58,530 nt of DNA from a virus (Duplodnaviria; Caudoviricetes): positions 1 through 58,530 of the IMG/VR virus record IMGVR_UViG_3300043410_000871. One strand, given 5' to 3'. A program made the translations under genes and the position numbers. Of this stretch, positions 47,101 through 55,484 are shown in pieces. A model generated the notes under the pieces. It had not been told where the DNA came from. It was given only the letters and a program-made list of their open reading frames with translations, and made no database searches. Numbering within the stretch: position 1 is the stretch's first letter; each line of letters starts with the position of its first letter.

Positions 47101-49042
47101 CAATATATTGTTGTGCTGCATCTGTTGCAGCATTAAAGAATGATGTAGTACTACCATCAGCAAAATATCTGATAGTTGCAGCAACAGTTTGACTATTACC
47201 ACCACGAGTCATGTCATATGACAGTGCATCAATAATTAAACCAGCATCACGTCTAGATGCTGCTTCAGTATAAACTGATGAAGATGTAAATGGTGCAATG
47301 TTATTGGCGCTTTGAAAGGCCATCCATTGCCATACTTCTTCAACAATAAATGACTTGTTTGCTTTCAATAAGGTGTTTGCATTTTGGTTTACTGATCCGT
47401 TCAATACTATGTCACACGCATACTTAATTGTCTTAAAAGGACGATCCCATGTATCACCATAACCAACAGCGTCAGTACCAATTGGTGCTACGTAGTAAAC
47501 TTTTGGAACTGCCAAGATATACTTCCACTGTGGCATGCCGTCAGTAGATCGCAATACATAGTCTTCAGTACCAATTGACACTGGTACGTGTTTCTCACCA
47601 TCAAATGTTGCTAAGTCACCCTGGTATACCATCGCATTTAAGCGATCATGCAATACATAAGGAACCCACATGTTATGCGTTACATCATTATCTGGTCGAT
47701 TTGAGTCAATAGCAACCCCGCCACCAACTGATCCAGTATTTCTTGTACCAGATACGTGATTTTGGATACATCTATATGTACCGTTGCCATAAATTGCCAA
47801 GTCTCCAACTACATACTGAGTTTCAAAATCCCAGAAATTCTTCCATTGAGTGCCTGGTACAACTAAATGCCAATAAACATAGTTTACACCAACAAACGCA
47901 AATGGCTCTGCATCTGTCATAACTGCGTCTGGTGCTTCGTTTAATGTAACTGTTGTTGGGCTATCAACTGACACAATAGTCTGTCCGCGGTTAAATCCAA
48001 CACCGATTGCAATCATACCAACAAGCAATCCTGTTGTTGATGTAACTGCTAACGTTGTACCACTGCTGTTAGCCATGTCAAAGATGACGTTCATTGTAAT
48101 AGCAGCAGGATCTTGTCCGCTACTATCTGCTGATGCACTAAACAACTGGCCGCTTCTGCGTACTACATCGCCAATTTGATATTGAGTACCAGAATTCCAC
48201 TCGTCGGACATCTTATAGCCCTGAGTAACAACTTCCCAGTCGTTAGAACTAGTTGAAGGAACATTGCCCAAGTTGTTAATAGTCTTACTTACGTAGCTAT
48301 AACCACCATAGATTTCTAAATCACCTGGTTGGTATGTTGTACCACTATTCCAAGTATTACCATAATCAAGTGCTGGTAACCATAGTGACCACTTTGTTGC
48401 GTCAAACGATGATGTTGATGTGTGTCCTAATGTACACTTGTAGATGTCAGCATCTAATCTAACTAAGTCGTTCTTTTTATAACGTGTGGAACCAGTCCAG
48501 TCAAGTTTATAATCAAGACCGTCATTTACAATTTCCCACTTACTTAAATCTGCTTCAAGACCAATTGTTGTATTTGCAGCAGATACGTGATTAGTTACGC
48601 AACGATAAACAATACCGCCATATTTTACAATATCACCAACACCATAAACAAAATTGATTGACCAATTTGTGTTCCACTTATCATAACTTGCATAAGTTGA
48701 CCAGTTTGCTAAATCAATCTGAGTTAAACCACTTGTGTGGTGAGTTGTACAAATGTATACTCTACCACCGTAAGTTACGATGTTTCCTAAACTGTAATAT
48801 GTGTCAGGTGTCCATACATTCTTCCACATTTTACCATCGAGCATTAGTTCCCAATATGGAGTTGATGCACCTAAATTATTAACGTGGGCAATATCATCGT
48901 AGAAATCACCAGAAGTATGTGGCTCTAAACACACATAAGTTTTACCGTTGAATTGCGTTACCGCATCACGGTTGTAAAATGTAGCAGTAGCCCATTGCCC
49001 TCTCCATGTGTAGCGCAGTCTACCAATCTTAAATTCTGCCAT
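41183..49042 (-). CDS. Giant virion structural protein (2619 aa), paralog of the 4008-aa protein
   Basis: Same MAEFKxGR start, VKTGTY.E.LPI..P.NTA.VGDELR and TDQDGNF motifs; only one RD-repeat, which lacks the Cys. Confidence 0.85.
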   Translation of the reverse strand: MAEFKIGRLRYTWRGQWATATFYNRDAVTQFNGKTYVCLEPHTSGDFYDDIAHVNNLGASTPYWELMLDGKMWKNVWTPDTYYSLGNIVTYGGRVYICTTHHTSGLTQIDLANWSTYASYDKWNTNWSINFVYGVGDIVKYGGIVYRCVTNHVSAANTTIGLEADLSKWEIVNDGLDYKLDWTGSTRYKKNDLVRLDADIYKCTLGHTSTSSFDATKWSLWLPALDYGNTWNSGTTYQPGDLEIYGGYSYVSKTINNLGNVPSTSSNDWEVVTQGYKMSDEWNSGTQYQIGDVVRRSGQLFSASADSSGQDPAAITMNVIFDMANSSGTTLAVTSTTGLLVGMIAIGVGFNRGQTIVSVDSPTTVTLNEAPDAVMTDAEPFAFVGVNYVYWHLVVPGTQWKNFWDFETQYVVGDLAIYGNGTYRCIQNHVSGTRNTGSVGGGVAIDSNRPDNDVTHNMWVPYVLHDRLNAMVYQGDLATFDGEKHVPVSIGTEDYVLRSTDGMPQWKYILAVPKVYYVAPIGTDAVGYGDTWDRPFKTIKYACDIVLNGSVNQNANTLLKANKSFIVEEVWQWMAFQSANNIAPFTSSSVYTEAASRRDAGLIIDALSYDMTRGGNSQTVAATIRYFADGSTTSFFNAATDAAQQYIVASLGYLLTLVGNVLQQQSPTVLYQVANDVLIDDQISQVFNPSLVAETGSIDLVTSLMNIVTTAIANADTVTVPQPNQGISSTIFVKTGTYAEDLPIILPENTALVGDELRGAVVQPKNSVYTSTTSADPTTDMFTFASTDNLEVDMPIQFAIVTSNDYFSGITAGKTYYVLAIDGLKVSISETVGGDPVQLTRGRGIMNVYAGNCLKDMFYVRNGSGIRNMSLTGLAGTLTDINENLTRRPTGGAYVSLDPGTGPDDSTTWILKRSPYVQNVTNFGVGCTGMKIDGTLHAGGNRSIVANDFTQIISDGIGVWCTGSGSLTECVSVFTYYNYAGYFAEAGGRIRATNGNSSYGTYGVIAEGYDDTEVPVAGLVDNRSTQVQASVQSAFGVSAQLLKMQFANAGSGYNELSTNLMNYSNDFLTGWTNDGNVTVQRNLLSPSTFTDGWTLTGTTATTDSSYIYQNVPISPVGASYTGLSGINASGSGSAATFDIVVGSSAYSANVNIGGSNYVVGNEITIVGSQLGGIDGVNDCTLTVAALSGSAITGVTVTGVVPEGSALKYTFSVYAKQGTASAFDIVATFSGTSSVSSSINYNFTSKTFTSGNATGGFLPTSYSKLELPNGWYRIWFTFYDTNALNNTLQIRLYPRGKSAPIGSTCFYGSQLQIGTAPTFYLETTTNKFSAFANYNVVGAGTGAIVVGDELRSGGVFQTRVTDVGTGIGGASYLTASNNAQGGTSTNILLAGSDTNSEHNYLGMRVFINSGTGAGQYGYISAYDAESSKSAEVLKESFIPLSISGADNGTGLLTLASGTTDTLYANQAVQFIPTYYSTTISKTGDDYVTATATTGGIVNTMTVSDTSRLDINMPVRFFGTTFGGVTETYTYYIKEIVNSNTIILSTEIFGNVWMLTTATGTMTMSFPGYNNYVYGSTTNMQINMPIQFTGTSVGGLTVGSVYYVNEIIDSGSFTVSTTLIQATATVTTASNGRITVDSTTSMAQLNPIMFSGTTFGGIVAGTKYYVYTIPTSSAITLTSSIISDTVYTTAGTTNLITVDDTSSFTLNAPIYFTGNTFGGLSNGALYYILSINDGTSFTVSSTVNGSAVNLVTASGQMSFRTAGPAVTLSDATGTMTGSTTNARSVVTIGYGAMNGTFSTSLFGNVVPGNTYYISTINSNSFSVSETSGGGAFTLKTDTGSMNVAAIGWDHINPGTPIAPTLDSSSVYYIEPRTTYDMPGFSQSSGTTTSIALGTSWAALGYGNNTWVAVPSGNATGSYSTDGINWTAYSLPKSAQWTDIAYGSDYWVMISKSGVITDPGSSVAVSNSNGAGWRVYYLPSKSNWSNIVYGNGKFVTIANGSSTTAYSINLGTTWSSGSGLPNANWTGLTYGKGTFVAVSSGVTYTGLSGTNLSGSGTSATFDVTSSGSTYTAVINASGSNYALNDQIKILGTSLGGTSPTNDVTLTVTGLQPTGGTGLIATVSAAGTAIAKTAAYSTNGTSWTSVTLPRTADWSDVEYGNNVFVAVCKTSGTSAYSQDGITWYSSNLSVAATQISYGQGVFVAVNSANGTGYTTEDGYNWISRTISNDGYGAIAFGYDAGADYVGKFVTVAGQSVASVIRAGCRAKGRAVISSGKVKSFSMWEAGSNYAAPPTLTLADPNVTNMVTVVTRTSNGVLGNPSFVNRGNGYNTNSTSIVINGGGYADTYQTGLTIIVKNLTKLPSPGDNLVIAGNSKIYKVTSASAVFGTTAPNIKANVQIAPDMTTALSPDHEAAVTIRQAYSQCRLTGHDFLNVGYGNAIESNYPGMPADTVLAPQDQAVEVNFGRVFYTSTDQDGNFRVGSLFAVEQATGIVTLSASQFGLTGLETLSLGGIAVGGSSVVVRQFSTDTSFVANSNNIIPTQRAIKAYLTGRLSQGGSNTFTGQLIAGTVLLGGPDRIASTIPEGTDGSRVVMKNTVHVQGQFAGWDGDGMAMAHFIKGWNHR

Positions 49043-49075
49043 TTTGTAATTTCCTTGATATTGTCCGTATAGTTA

Positions 49076-49447
49076 TTAAACGATTTGATCTTGAGTATAA
49101 TTATATTGTTGATTAATTCTTACAACAAATTCGCCGTTGTCATTTATATAGTAAAATGTGTTCTTGTTATCCCAGCGATACTGATCCCAGTGTAAGTTAG
49201 ACTTTGGTCTACTATGATCTGACTCCAAGCGTCCATCAAAAAAGTCTGTGCCATACGAAAATTCTTCATAATCATTTTCTGTAAGACCTGGATCATTAAT
49301 GACAATAGTTTCAGTGTCTTTGATTTGGTCAATCTTTGCAAAGAATAAGTTGCCAAGATCATCTCTGCGTAGCGCATAGAAGAATCGTGGGTTACCATTT
49401 CCAAGTAGATCTGATAAGTTATTTTCGTTACCAACGTAGTATGTCAT
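49076..49447 (-). CDS. Hypothetical protein (tail/baseplate operon)
   Basis: 123-aa ORF in a tightly packed operon with an AGGA Shine-Dalgarno site. Confidence 0.7.
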   Translation of the reverse strand: MTYYVGNENNLSDLLGNGNPRFFYALRRDDLGNLFFAKIDQIKDTETIVINDPGLTENDYEEFSYGTDFFDGRLESDHSRPKSNLHWDQYRWDNKNTFYYINDNGEFVVRINQQYNYTQDQIV

Positions 49448-49456
49448 AATAATTCC

Positions 49457-49789
49457 TTAGCTAATTTCAACGTAGCTTAAAACAACGTCCAAGCTGCTAT
49501 CTGTATTAGCATTTACAATTAATCTAGTAGATGGACCAACTACTAGACGCTCACCCCCGTTAACTACTCGCAAACTCTGATTTGGGGGGACTATTACATC
49601 TTTAATAAAGTATGCAGTTGTAGCTTCAACAGTATCATTTAATTGGATACTTGCCAAAATAATACTTTGTGTAAGGTTTGTTAAGCTCATGCCCACAACT
49701 GTTGTAGTAGCAGTACCGCTACTGGTTAAAATAGTTTGTGGTGTTGTGCCTAATTCGTTAATTAATTTTGATCTAAATAATGTCGTCAT
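49457..49789 (-). CDS. Small virion structural protein (~110-aa paralog family)
   Basis: TTVVGMSLTN...YFIKDVIVPPNQSL...RLVV...DVVLSYVEI. Confidence 0.7.
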   Translation of the reverse strand: MTTLFRSKLINELGTTPQTILTSSGTATTTVVGMSLTNLTQSIILASIQLNDTVEATTAYFIKDVIVPPNQSLRVVNGGERLVVGPSTRLIVNANTDSSLDVVLSYVEIS

Positions 49790-49793
49790 GTTA

Positions 49794-50849
49794 TTATCCT
49801 AACATTAGTGCAGTTTGAACACCAATATCTTGTGCAGTGTTACCTGTAACACCTGAGCTACTACCAGCAACGCTACCCCATTGAGTACCGTCAAAAATTT
49901 CCACCAATTGCAACTCTGTATTAAAGCGCATCATGCCCATTTCACGATATTGTGTTAATGGACGGTTTGCAACGTTACCTACTGGAATTACAACACCAAA
50001 AGTACCAGCAACTTTTACATATCCACTACTTGTTTCAGTGAATTGTGTAACTGCGTTTGGTGAAATGTTTGTAATACTATTTTGTGAGAATCTCAAATTA
50101 CCAATTAAAACGCCACCAGTACCACTTGTTACAAAGTTAATATCAGTGTTTGTTGTAGTTGCTGTGATGCTATTTCCAACAATATCCAAGTTAGCTGTTT
50201 TTAACTCTGGAACAGAAATAGACGCAGTATTTACGGTTGATGTTGCTATTGCATTTACGTAGACGTTATTCCAACGAGCTGTACTTGAGCCCAAGTTGTA
50301 TGTATTTGATACGTTTGGAATTACGTTACTGTTTACTTCACCAGCAAATACAACATTATCAGTATCAGCATTACCAAGTGTAATGTTACCGTCAGCAGTA
50401 ATTGTGCCAGTTGCGTGTAAGTTACCAAATACAGTAACGTTTGAGTTAAACTCAACAACTCCTGTACCAGTAGTTGTAATTTCCAAATTGGTGTTTGTGC
50501 CAGCACCAGCAATAGTGTTTCCACTAATGTTTAAGTTGCCAACAGAAATTGTACCCTGATAAACTACAGGGTTTACACCACTTGGAAGTAAATTGATTGT
50601 GCTTGAACTACTGCTAAGTGTATTACCACTGAATGTTAATTGTGCTAATGTAGCAGAGTTTGTAGCTTGTAAATTGGTAGTACGGGTTGTTCCATTGACA
50701 CTTAAATCGTTGGTCGGTGTTGATGTGTTGACACCAATGCGTCTATTCACAACATCTAGATAGAGTAAGTTCGTCTCAAAGGCCAGATTTACGCCGTTAC
50801 GGAGTAGATTATCCTTTAAGAGCGGACCTGAAATTCGACCAACAGCCAT
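49794..50849 (-). CDS. Baseplate/fibre-like structural protein
   Basis: GRISGPLLKDNLLRNG N-terminus, RIGVNTSTP, and C-terminal RP...GMMRFNT; paralog of 50971..52017. Confidence 0.7.
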   Translation of the reverse strand: MAVGRISGPLLKDNLLRNGVNLAFETNLLYLDVVNRRIGVNTSTPTNDLSVNGTTRTTNLQATNSATLAQLTFSGNTLSSSSSTINLLPSGVNPVVYQGTISVGNLNISGNTIAGAGTNTNLEITTTGTGVVEFNSNVTVFGNLHATGTITADGNITLGNADTDNVVFAGEVNSNVIPNVSNTYNLGSSTARWNNVYVNAIATSTVNTASISVPELKTANLDIVGNSITATTTNTDINFVTSGTGGVLIGNLRFSQNSITNISPNAVTQFTETSSGYVKVAGTFGVVIPVGNVANRPLTQYREMGMMRFNTELQLVEIFDGTQWGSVAGSSSGVTGNTAQDIGVQTALMLG

Positions 50850-50866
50850 TAACGCTCCCGTATACC

Positions 50867-50956
50867 CCGTGTTTCACGGTTAACCACCTTACATTGCGGG
50901 TTTACCACAGTTGAATATCGTAAAATCTTGGTCAGATCTTACAGTAATAGTATTTA
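50867..50956 (-). promoter_or_regulatory. Late promoter motif plus structured 5' leader
   Basis: TAAATA at 50951-50956, then hairpins at 50920-50942, 50878-50906 and 50867-50879 before the GGAG site and ATG 50849. Confidence 0.55.
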
Positions 50957-50970
50957 GCGTTTTTTGATTT

Positions 50971-52017
50971 TTAGCCTAGGATCAAGTCCCAAACGTACAT
51001 TGCATCAGTTACTTGATCAATGTTAAGGGTCTCTGATATACCACCAACTGGTTGCCAGAAGGCGCCGTTAAAGATACGGACATATCCCAAGTCAGGATCA
51101 AAGCGTAGCATACCAGTTTCAACACCAGTAATGTCGCTTGAGTTTGAAATTGGGACTGTAATACCCAATGTTCCAGCAAACTTCGTGTATCCGTTTGCTG
51201 TGCTGTTTAAAGTAAAAGTCCCAGGGACTGGAATCTCGTTACCATTAACATAATTGATGCCATTAAAATACAATAAACCAGTGCCATCACCAGCCATAAC
51301 AATATCGTTACTTGGTGTTGTATTTTGGATGGTGTTTGTTTCAAAGTTAATTTCACCAATCGTTGCAACGCTAGTAGTAACTAATGTTGCTGACAGCGAT
51401 GTACTATCTAAGTTCTTTGCATTTACTGTATTCCATTGTAACAATGGTGAACCCAAGTCATATGCATTGTTGATATTTGGAATAATGCTGCTGTTAACAT
51501 CTGCACTAAATGTGATAGTATCAGTTGGACTATTACCAAGTTGAATATCACCATCCCATGTAATATTACCAGTTGCGTGTAATGATCCATTAACCACGGT
51601 ATCATTTCTAATATTAGAAACACCCAAGCCCGATGGTGTAAATTCAATGTTACTTCCACTTGTACTGTTTACTAGTGAATCACCACTGAATGTTAATAAG
51701 CTGGTTGCCAACCCTGGGGTAGTAATAACTGGATTAACTTGTGCTGGGGAGATTGTAATCGTTGAAATCGGATTCTGAATCTGACTTGATGTAATTACAA
51801 AATTTGCAATTTCAGACTGAGTATCTACAATTAAATCAGTAGTATCAGCAGTATTTGCTATTGTTAAATCGCGTGTTGGTGCAAGGGTATTGATACCCAA
51901 ACGTTTGCTGCCAACATTGAGCAGAAATAAATTAGAGTCGAATACTAAGTTGTTGCCGTTACGTAGTAAATTTTCTGCTAGTAACGGGCCGCTTATTCTA
52001 CCTAGCTCTCTGCCCAT
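50971..52017 (-). CDS. Baseplate/fibre-like structural protein
   Basis: GRISGPLLAENLLRNG, RLGINTLAP, GSLHATGNIT and GMLRFD; paralog of 49794..50849. Confidence 0.7.
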   Translation of the reverse strand: MGRELGRISGPLLAENLLRNGNNLVFDSNLFLLNVGSKRLGINTLAPTRDLTIANTADTTDLIVDTQSEIANFVITSSQIQNPISTITISPAQVNPVITTPGLATSLLTFSGDSLVNSTSGSNIEFTPSGLGVSNIRNDTVVNGSLHATGNITWDGDIQLGNSPTDTITFSADVNSSIIPNINNAYDLGSPLLQWNTVNAKNLDSTSLSATLVTTSVATIGEINFETNTIQNTTPSNDIVMAGDGTGLLYFNGINYVNGNEIPVPGTFTLNSTANGYTKFAGTLGITVPISNSSDITGVETGMLRFDPDLGYVRIFNGAFWQPVGGISETLNIDQVTDAMYVWDLILG

Positions 52018-52030
52018 AGTTACGTCCTAA

Positions 52031-53062
52031 TTATTGGTCAAAGCCAAGTAGTGCAGTAACAATTTTACCGTATGGTGGTGGGCTGTTAAACTTTAAGTAA
52101 TATCCGCTACCACCCTGAGAACCCTCAGTGATAGTAATTGACACACCCCCATTAATTTGTGCAGTAATCAATGGTTTATTAATTGTAATGCTTGTCAATG
52201 CATCAGTAACTGAGTCAGTTGTAAACGATACAATTGCTGTATTTGATTGAATACTTGCACTACCAGTAATAATAGCACCAACGATACTAGTACCTGGATA
52301 CACTGTTGAAGCTGCTGTAACAACGCCTGGGAATACCAAGCTACCAGTTGCTGTAGATGCATAGCTTACAGAATTTGTTGTTGCAGATGTAACGACAAAG
52401 CTGCCATTATAAGCAGACGGTGTTACTGCGTTTACAACGATAGTTTGTCCAACTGAAAATGGCACACCACCTTGAGTGGCGAACGTTAATGTTGCAACTG
52501 TACCAGTTCCACTTGCGCCAATTACTTCCAATGAAGTATTGAAACGCAATGTTGTTGCACCAATAGGGGCAACTGCGCTAGTAACACCAGTGTATGTTTC
52601 ACCACCAATAGTTGGGTTTTGTTCAATTGTATAGTTTGTGTTATATAATTGTAATACGTTTTCAACAACTACAAAGATATTCTGTCCGTTATATTCACCA
52701 ACACCCTGGCCGCCTGACAATGGAACATTACTAGAGATATTAGTTGGGTTATAGGCAGAATTCAATGGTCCGAAATACACAGTATTTGCATCACCTGCGC
52801 CAAGATTTTGTTGCACGATTGGTGAAGCTTCTTTGAACTTCAGTGAACGCCACTTGCTTGATTGATATAGCTCAACCTCATTAAGTGTTGTGTTGTAACG
52901 GATCATACCGTTTACTGGGGTCACTGGGCGGTCAGTCGTTGCACCTGATGGTAGCATCAAGTTGTTCGTTGTGCCCATGACAACAGATTTCGTTGTATCT
53001 ACATACAACGTGTTATCATATGGTGCTCTTCTGTTGAGCGTTTGGCGTCTTAAGTATCTCAT
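52031..53062 (-). CDS. Virion structural protein
   Basis: PSGATTDRP..GMIRYNT motif; beta-rich S/T/G composition. Confidence 0.65.
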   Translation of the reverse strand: MRYLRRQTLNRRAPYDNTLYVDTTKSVVMGTTNNLMLPSGATTDRPVTPVNGMIRYNTTLNEVELYQSSKWRSLKFKEASPIVQQNLGAGDANTVYFGPLNSAYNPTNISSNVPLSGGQGVGEYNGQNIFVVVENVLQLYNTNYTIEQNPTIGGETYTGVTSAVAPIGATTLRFNTSLEVIGASGTGTVATLTFATQGGVPFSVGQTIVVNAVTPSAYNGSFVVTSATTNSVSYASTATGSLVFPGVVTAASTVYPGTSIVGAIITGSASIQSNTAIVSFTTDSVTDALTSITINKPLITAQINGGVSITITEGSQGGSGYYLKFNSPPPYGKIVTALLGFDQ

Positions 53063-53394
53063 TATACTGGTAGTGTGCTAATTGTAATTGATAGTGTTGA
53101 TCCAGTGTCGCTTAATGCAACAAGCGTATCACCGTTACCTAAAACTAATTTTTCTTGATCTAAACTTAATGTTTCACCCGCAGTAATTGGGATAGCATTA
53201 ACGATCAAATTAGTGTTACTAGCGGAATTCCCGCTTGCCACAGCCCATAAACTAAACTTGGCAGTGTGATCTGTTGGATAAGCTGGATTGTAAGCGTACA
53301 CGTTACATACAATAATGCTAGTAATGGCGTTATTACCACTGCTAGAATAAACTGTGGTATTTGTTGTGCCAATTGCTGTTGATGATAGTGCCAT
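53062..53394 (-). CDS. Small virion structural protein (~110-aa paralog family)
   Basis: TTVYSS..AITSIIVCN...IVNAIPITAGET...EKLVLGNGD. Confidence 0.7.
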   Translation of the reverse strand: MALSSTAIGTTNTTVYSSSGNNAITSIIVCNVYAYNPAYPTDHTAKFSLWAVASGNSASNTNLIVNAIPITAGETLSLDQEKLVLGNGDTLVALSDTGSTLSITISTLPV

Positions 53395-53403
53395 TTGTAA
53401 TCC

Positions 53404-54390
53404 TTATAATAAAATACTTAGTAATACTGCTCTGTTTTTGCTCACTAGTTCGTCGCTGTTATATGCGTTTCCACCATAAGGTACATCATTTACAAAATGA
53501 ATCCCAGTTCTTCCTGGACCTTCGGCAGCAGTGGTATACAACTTTGTAGTACCTGCTGTCGCCGTCGTGTCGTAAGAACCTGCTAAACTTTCCAAGTTGT
53601 CTAAGTTTAAAATTGATTTAACTTCTACATTATTATTAGTAGCTGTAATTCTTAAATTACTTGAACTTGAGTTTGTAATTGTGTTACTAGTGAAGAAAAT
53701 ATTGTCAATTGCAACACCTAATGTGGTAATTCTAGCTCTTAAATAGCCGCTAATTGCAAAGTCAATAGATGTACTTGATGTTGTTACACTTGCTTGTGGT
53801 GTACCACCATTTAAAACAAGTGGGTAATGAATGTTTGATGTGTTAGCTGTACCACCAGTTGCTGACACATAATCTGTAACGAACTTTCTGTTAGGAATAT
53901 CGTTTGAGTCTAAAACATTCTGAGAATAATTTGGGCTATTTGCGATACGCAATACATAGCTTGAGTTTTGCATATCAAACATTAAGTTTGAAACGCCATT
54001 TACGATAGTCGATGTTTGTAATCCAGTTAACCCAGCATCTGCTATTCCTAAAACAAATGTTCCTGCAACGTTTTGGGCAAGAATTGGATCATAATGGTTA
54101 ACTGATTCGTTCCAAAGAAACTGTGCATCGTTTAATGAACCACGGTTAATATCAACACCAGATGTAATTAACGAAACACCAGCGTGTGACGCACTTTCAC
54201 CTTGGTTTAAAATAATAATGTTATCAGTTACGTTTAAGTTTGTTGTATTAATCTGTGTGCTATTACCAATAACTGTAAAGTTACCAGTGACAGTTGTCGT
54301 TCCAGTCACACCTGTATCTAGGACAATATTCCCAGCATTCTGTGTTTGGATGATGTAATCACCTTTGTTTACTTTTACGACTCTTGACAT
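53404..54390 (-). CDS. Virion structural protein (fibre/baseplate-like)
   Basis: VTGNFTVIG..TQINTTNLNVTDNIIILN..G..INRG motif typical of T4-like fibre proteins; C-terminal ELVSKNRAVLLSILL. Confidence 0.65.
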   Translation of the reverse strand: MSRVVKVNKGDYIIQTQNAGNIVLDTGVTGTTTVTGNFTVIGNSTQINTTNLNVTDNIIILNQGESASHAGVSLITSGVDINRGSLNDAQFLWNESVNHYDPILAQNVAGTFVLGIADAGLTGLQTSTIVNGVSNLMFDMQNSSYVLRIANSPNYSQNVLDSNDIPNRKFVTDYVSATGGTANTSNIHYPLVLNGGTPQASVTTSSTSIDFAISGYLRARITTLGVAIDNIFFTSNTITNSSSSNLRITATNNNVEVKSILNLDNLESLAGSYDTTATAGTTKLYTTAAEGPGRTGIHFVNDVPYGGNAYNSDELVSKNRAVLLSILL

Positions 54391-54404
54391 TGTTTATCCT
54401 TAAA

Positions 54405-54420
54405 GGGGGCCGAAGCCCCC
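54405..54420 (-). terminator. GC-rich hairpin with C(UUCG)G tetraloop; terminator or RNA stabiliser
   Basis: Minus strand GGGGGC-TTCG-GCCCCC-TTTA. Confidence 0.7.
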
Positions 54421-54427
54421 GTTTTTA

Positions 54428-55387
54428 TTAAGCGTTATCGATCTTTAATGAATCAGCTGTAGCTGCTGTCATGTTCCACTTAACACATGCGCCAGTTGGA
54501 AATGCAGTCTGTACACCTGTACCACGAGTGATCGTAGCTTTGTGTGCAGTAAGTTTAGTAGCAAAGTATGTGCCACCATCACTGTCTAACAAACGAAGAC
54601 TACCTTCACCAGCTGCTGTTGCAACTGAAGATTTTAATTTAACAATACCAGTGCGTGTACCGTCTGTTACCTTGTAACGTGATGTTGATACTTGTTTGAT
54701 AATGTCAACAGTAACAGCGCTACCACCAGTTAAACGTGCTGTCATTAACAACGCATTTTCTTGATTAGTAACTGAACCAACTGCACCGCTATCAGTAGTT
54801 AATGTAGGAGTGTTACCACTTGGAGTTGTACCGTCAAGAGTAGTCCATGTTAGTGAAGGAACGGCAATGTAACCAGAACCTTTGTTGGCAATAGCAATGC
54901 TCTTAACACGGAATGTAATTGTTGCTTGTGCGCCAGTTTGTGCGCCTTTTACAACAGCCCAAGTTGTAATACCTGTGGCATCAATGCTTGTGAACTCACC
55001 ACGGTTACCGCCTGTGAAGTTGTAAGCATCTGGTGCGCCACCAGTTACGTGTGTGATGTTAATGACTGGAGCCACTGTGGCTTGTGTTGTCAAACCAGTG
55101 ATAGCAGTAGTTAAGCCAGTTGTGTAAGTTGTACCACCACCGTCAAATGTAACAGTATCAATTTCCCATGTAACAGTTGTAAGAGCAGTAACACCATTTG
55201 GAAGTGTTGGTGCTGCAACAGTTAAACCAGGAAAATGTGGGAATGAGTTATTAATATTAATACTGCCAGCTACTGGATTATCAATGCTTGCAATACCTTC
55301 ACCGCCGATTCCGTTGTCAGATGTTACACCACCGTTAACACCAATGTTGCGGTTACCAAAATATTTTTTGTTTAGAGGACGACCCAT
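54428..55387 (-). CDS. Virion structural protein (possible head decoration)
   Basis: MGRPLNKKYFG start, T/G-rich beta composition, strong AAGGAG Shine-Dalgarno site, close to the capsid gene. Confidence 0.6.
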   Translation of the reverse strand: MGRPLNKKYFGNRNIGVNGGVTSDNGIGGEGIASIDNPVAGSININNSFPHFPGLTVAAPTLPNGVTALTTVTWEIDTVTFDGGGTTYTTGLTTAITGLTTQATVAPVINITHVTGGAPDAYNFTGGNRGEFTSIDATGITTWAVVKGAQTGAQATITFRVKSIAIANKGSGYIAVPSLTWTTLDGTTPSGNTPTLTTDSGAVGSVTNQENALLMTARLTGGSAVTVDIIKQVSTSRYKVTDGTRTGIVKLKSSVATAAGEGSLRLLDSDGGTYFATKLTAHKATITRGTGVQTAFPTGACVKWNMTAATADSLKIDNA

Positions 55388-55409
55388 TTTATTTTCTCCT
55401 TAAGAAATA

Positions 55410-55484
55410 ACAGCGTTCTAGGCTGTACGCGGTTGGATTTCCGCATAAAACTTACCCTATGTAAGTCATTACTATGTATTTATG
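55410..55484 (-). promoter_or_regulatory. Late promoter motif plus three-hairpin 5' leader
   Basis: CATAAATA at 55477-55484, then hairpins at 55450-55466, 55426-55447 and 55410-55426. Confidence 0.6.

Noticed and set aside
50850-50950. c-di-GMP-I or another known riboswitch, or a tRNA
   Set aside because: By eye it lacks the full consensus of any family I know and has no cloverleaf; kept only as an unclassified structured leader.
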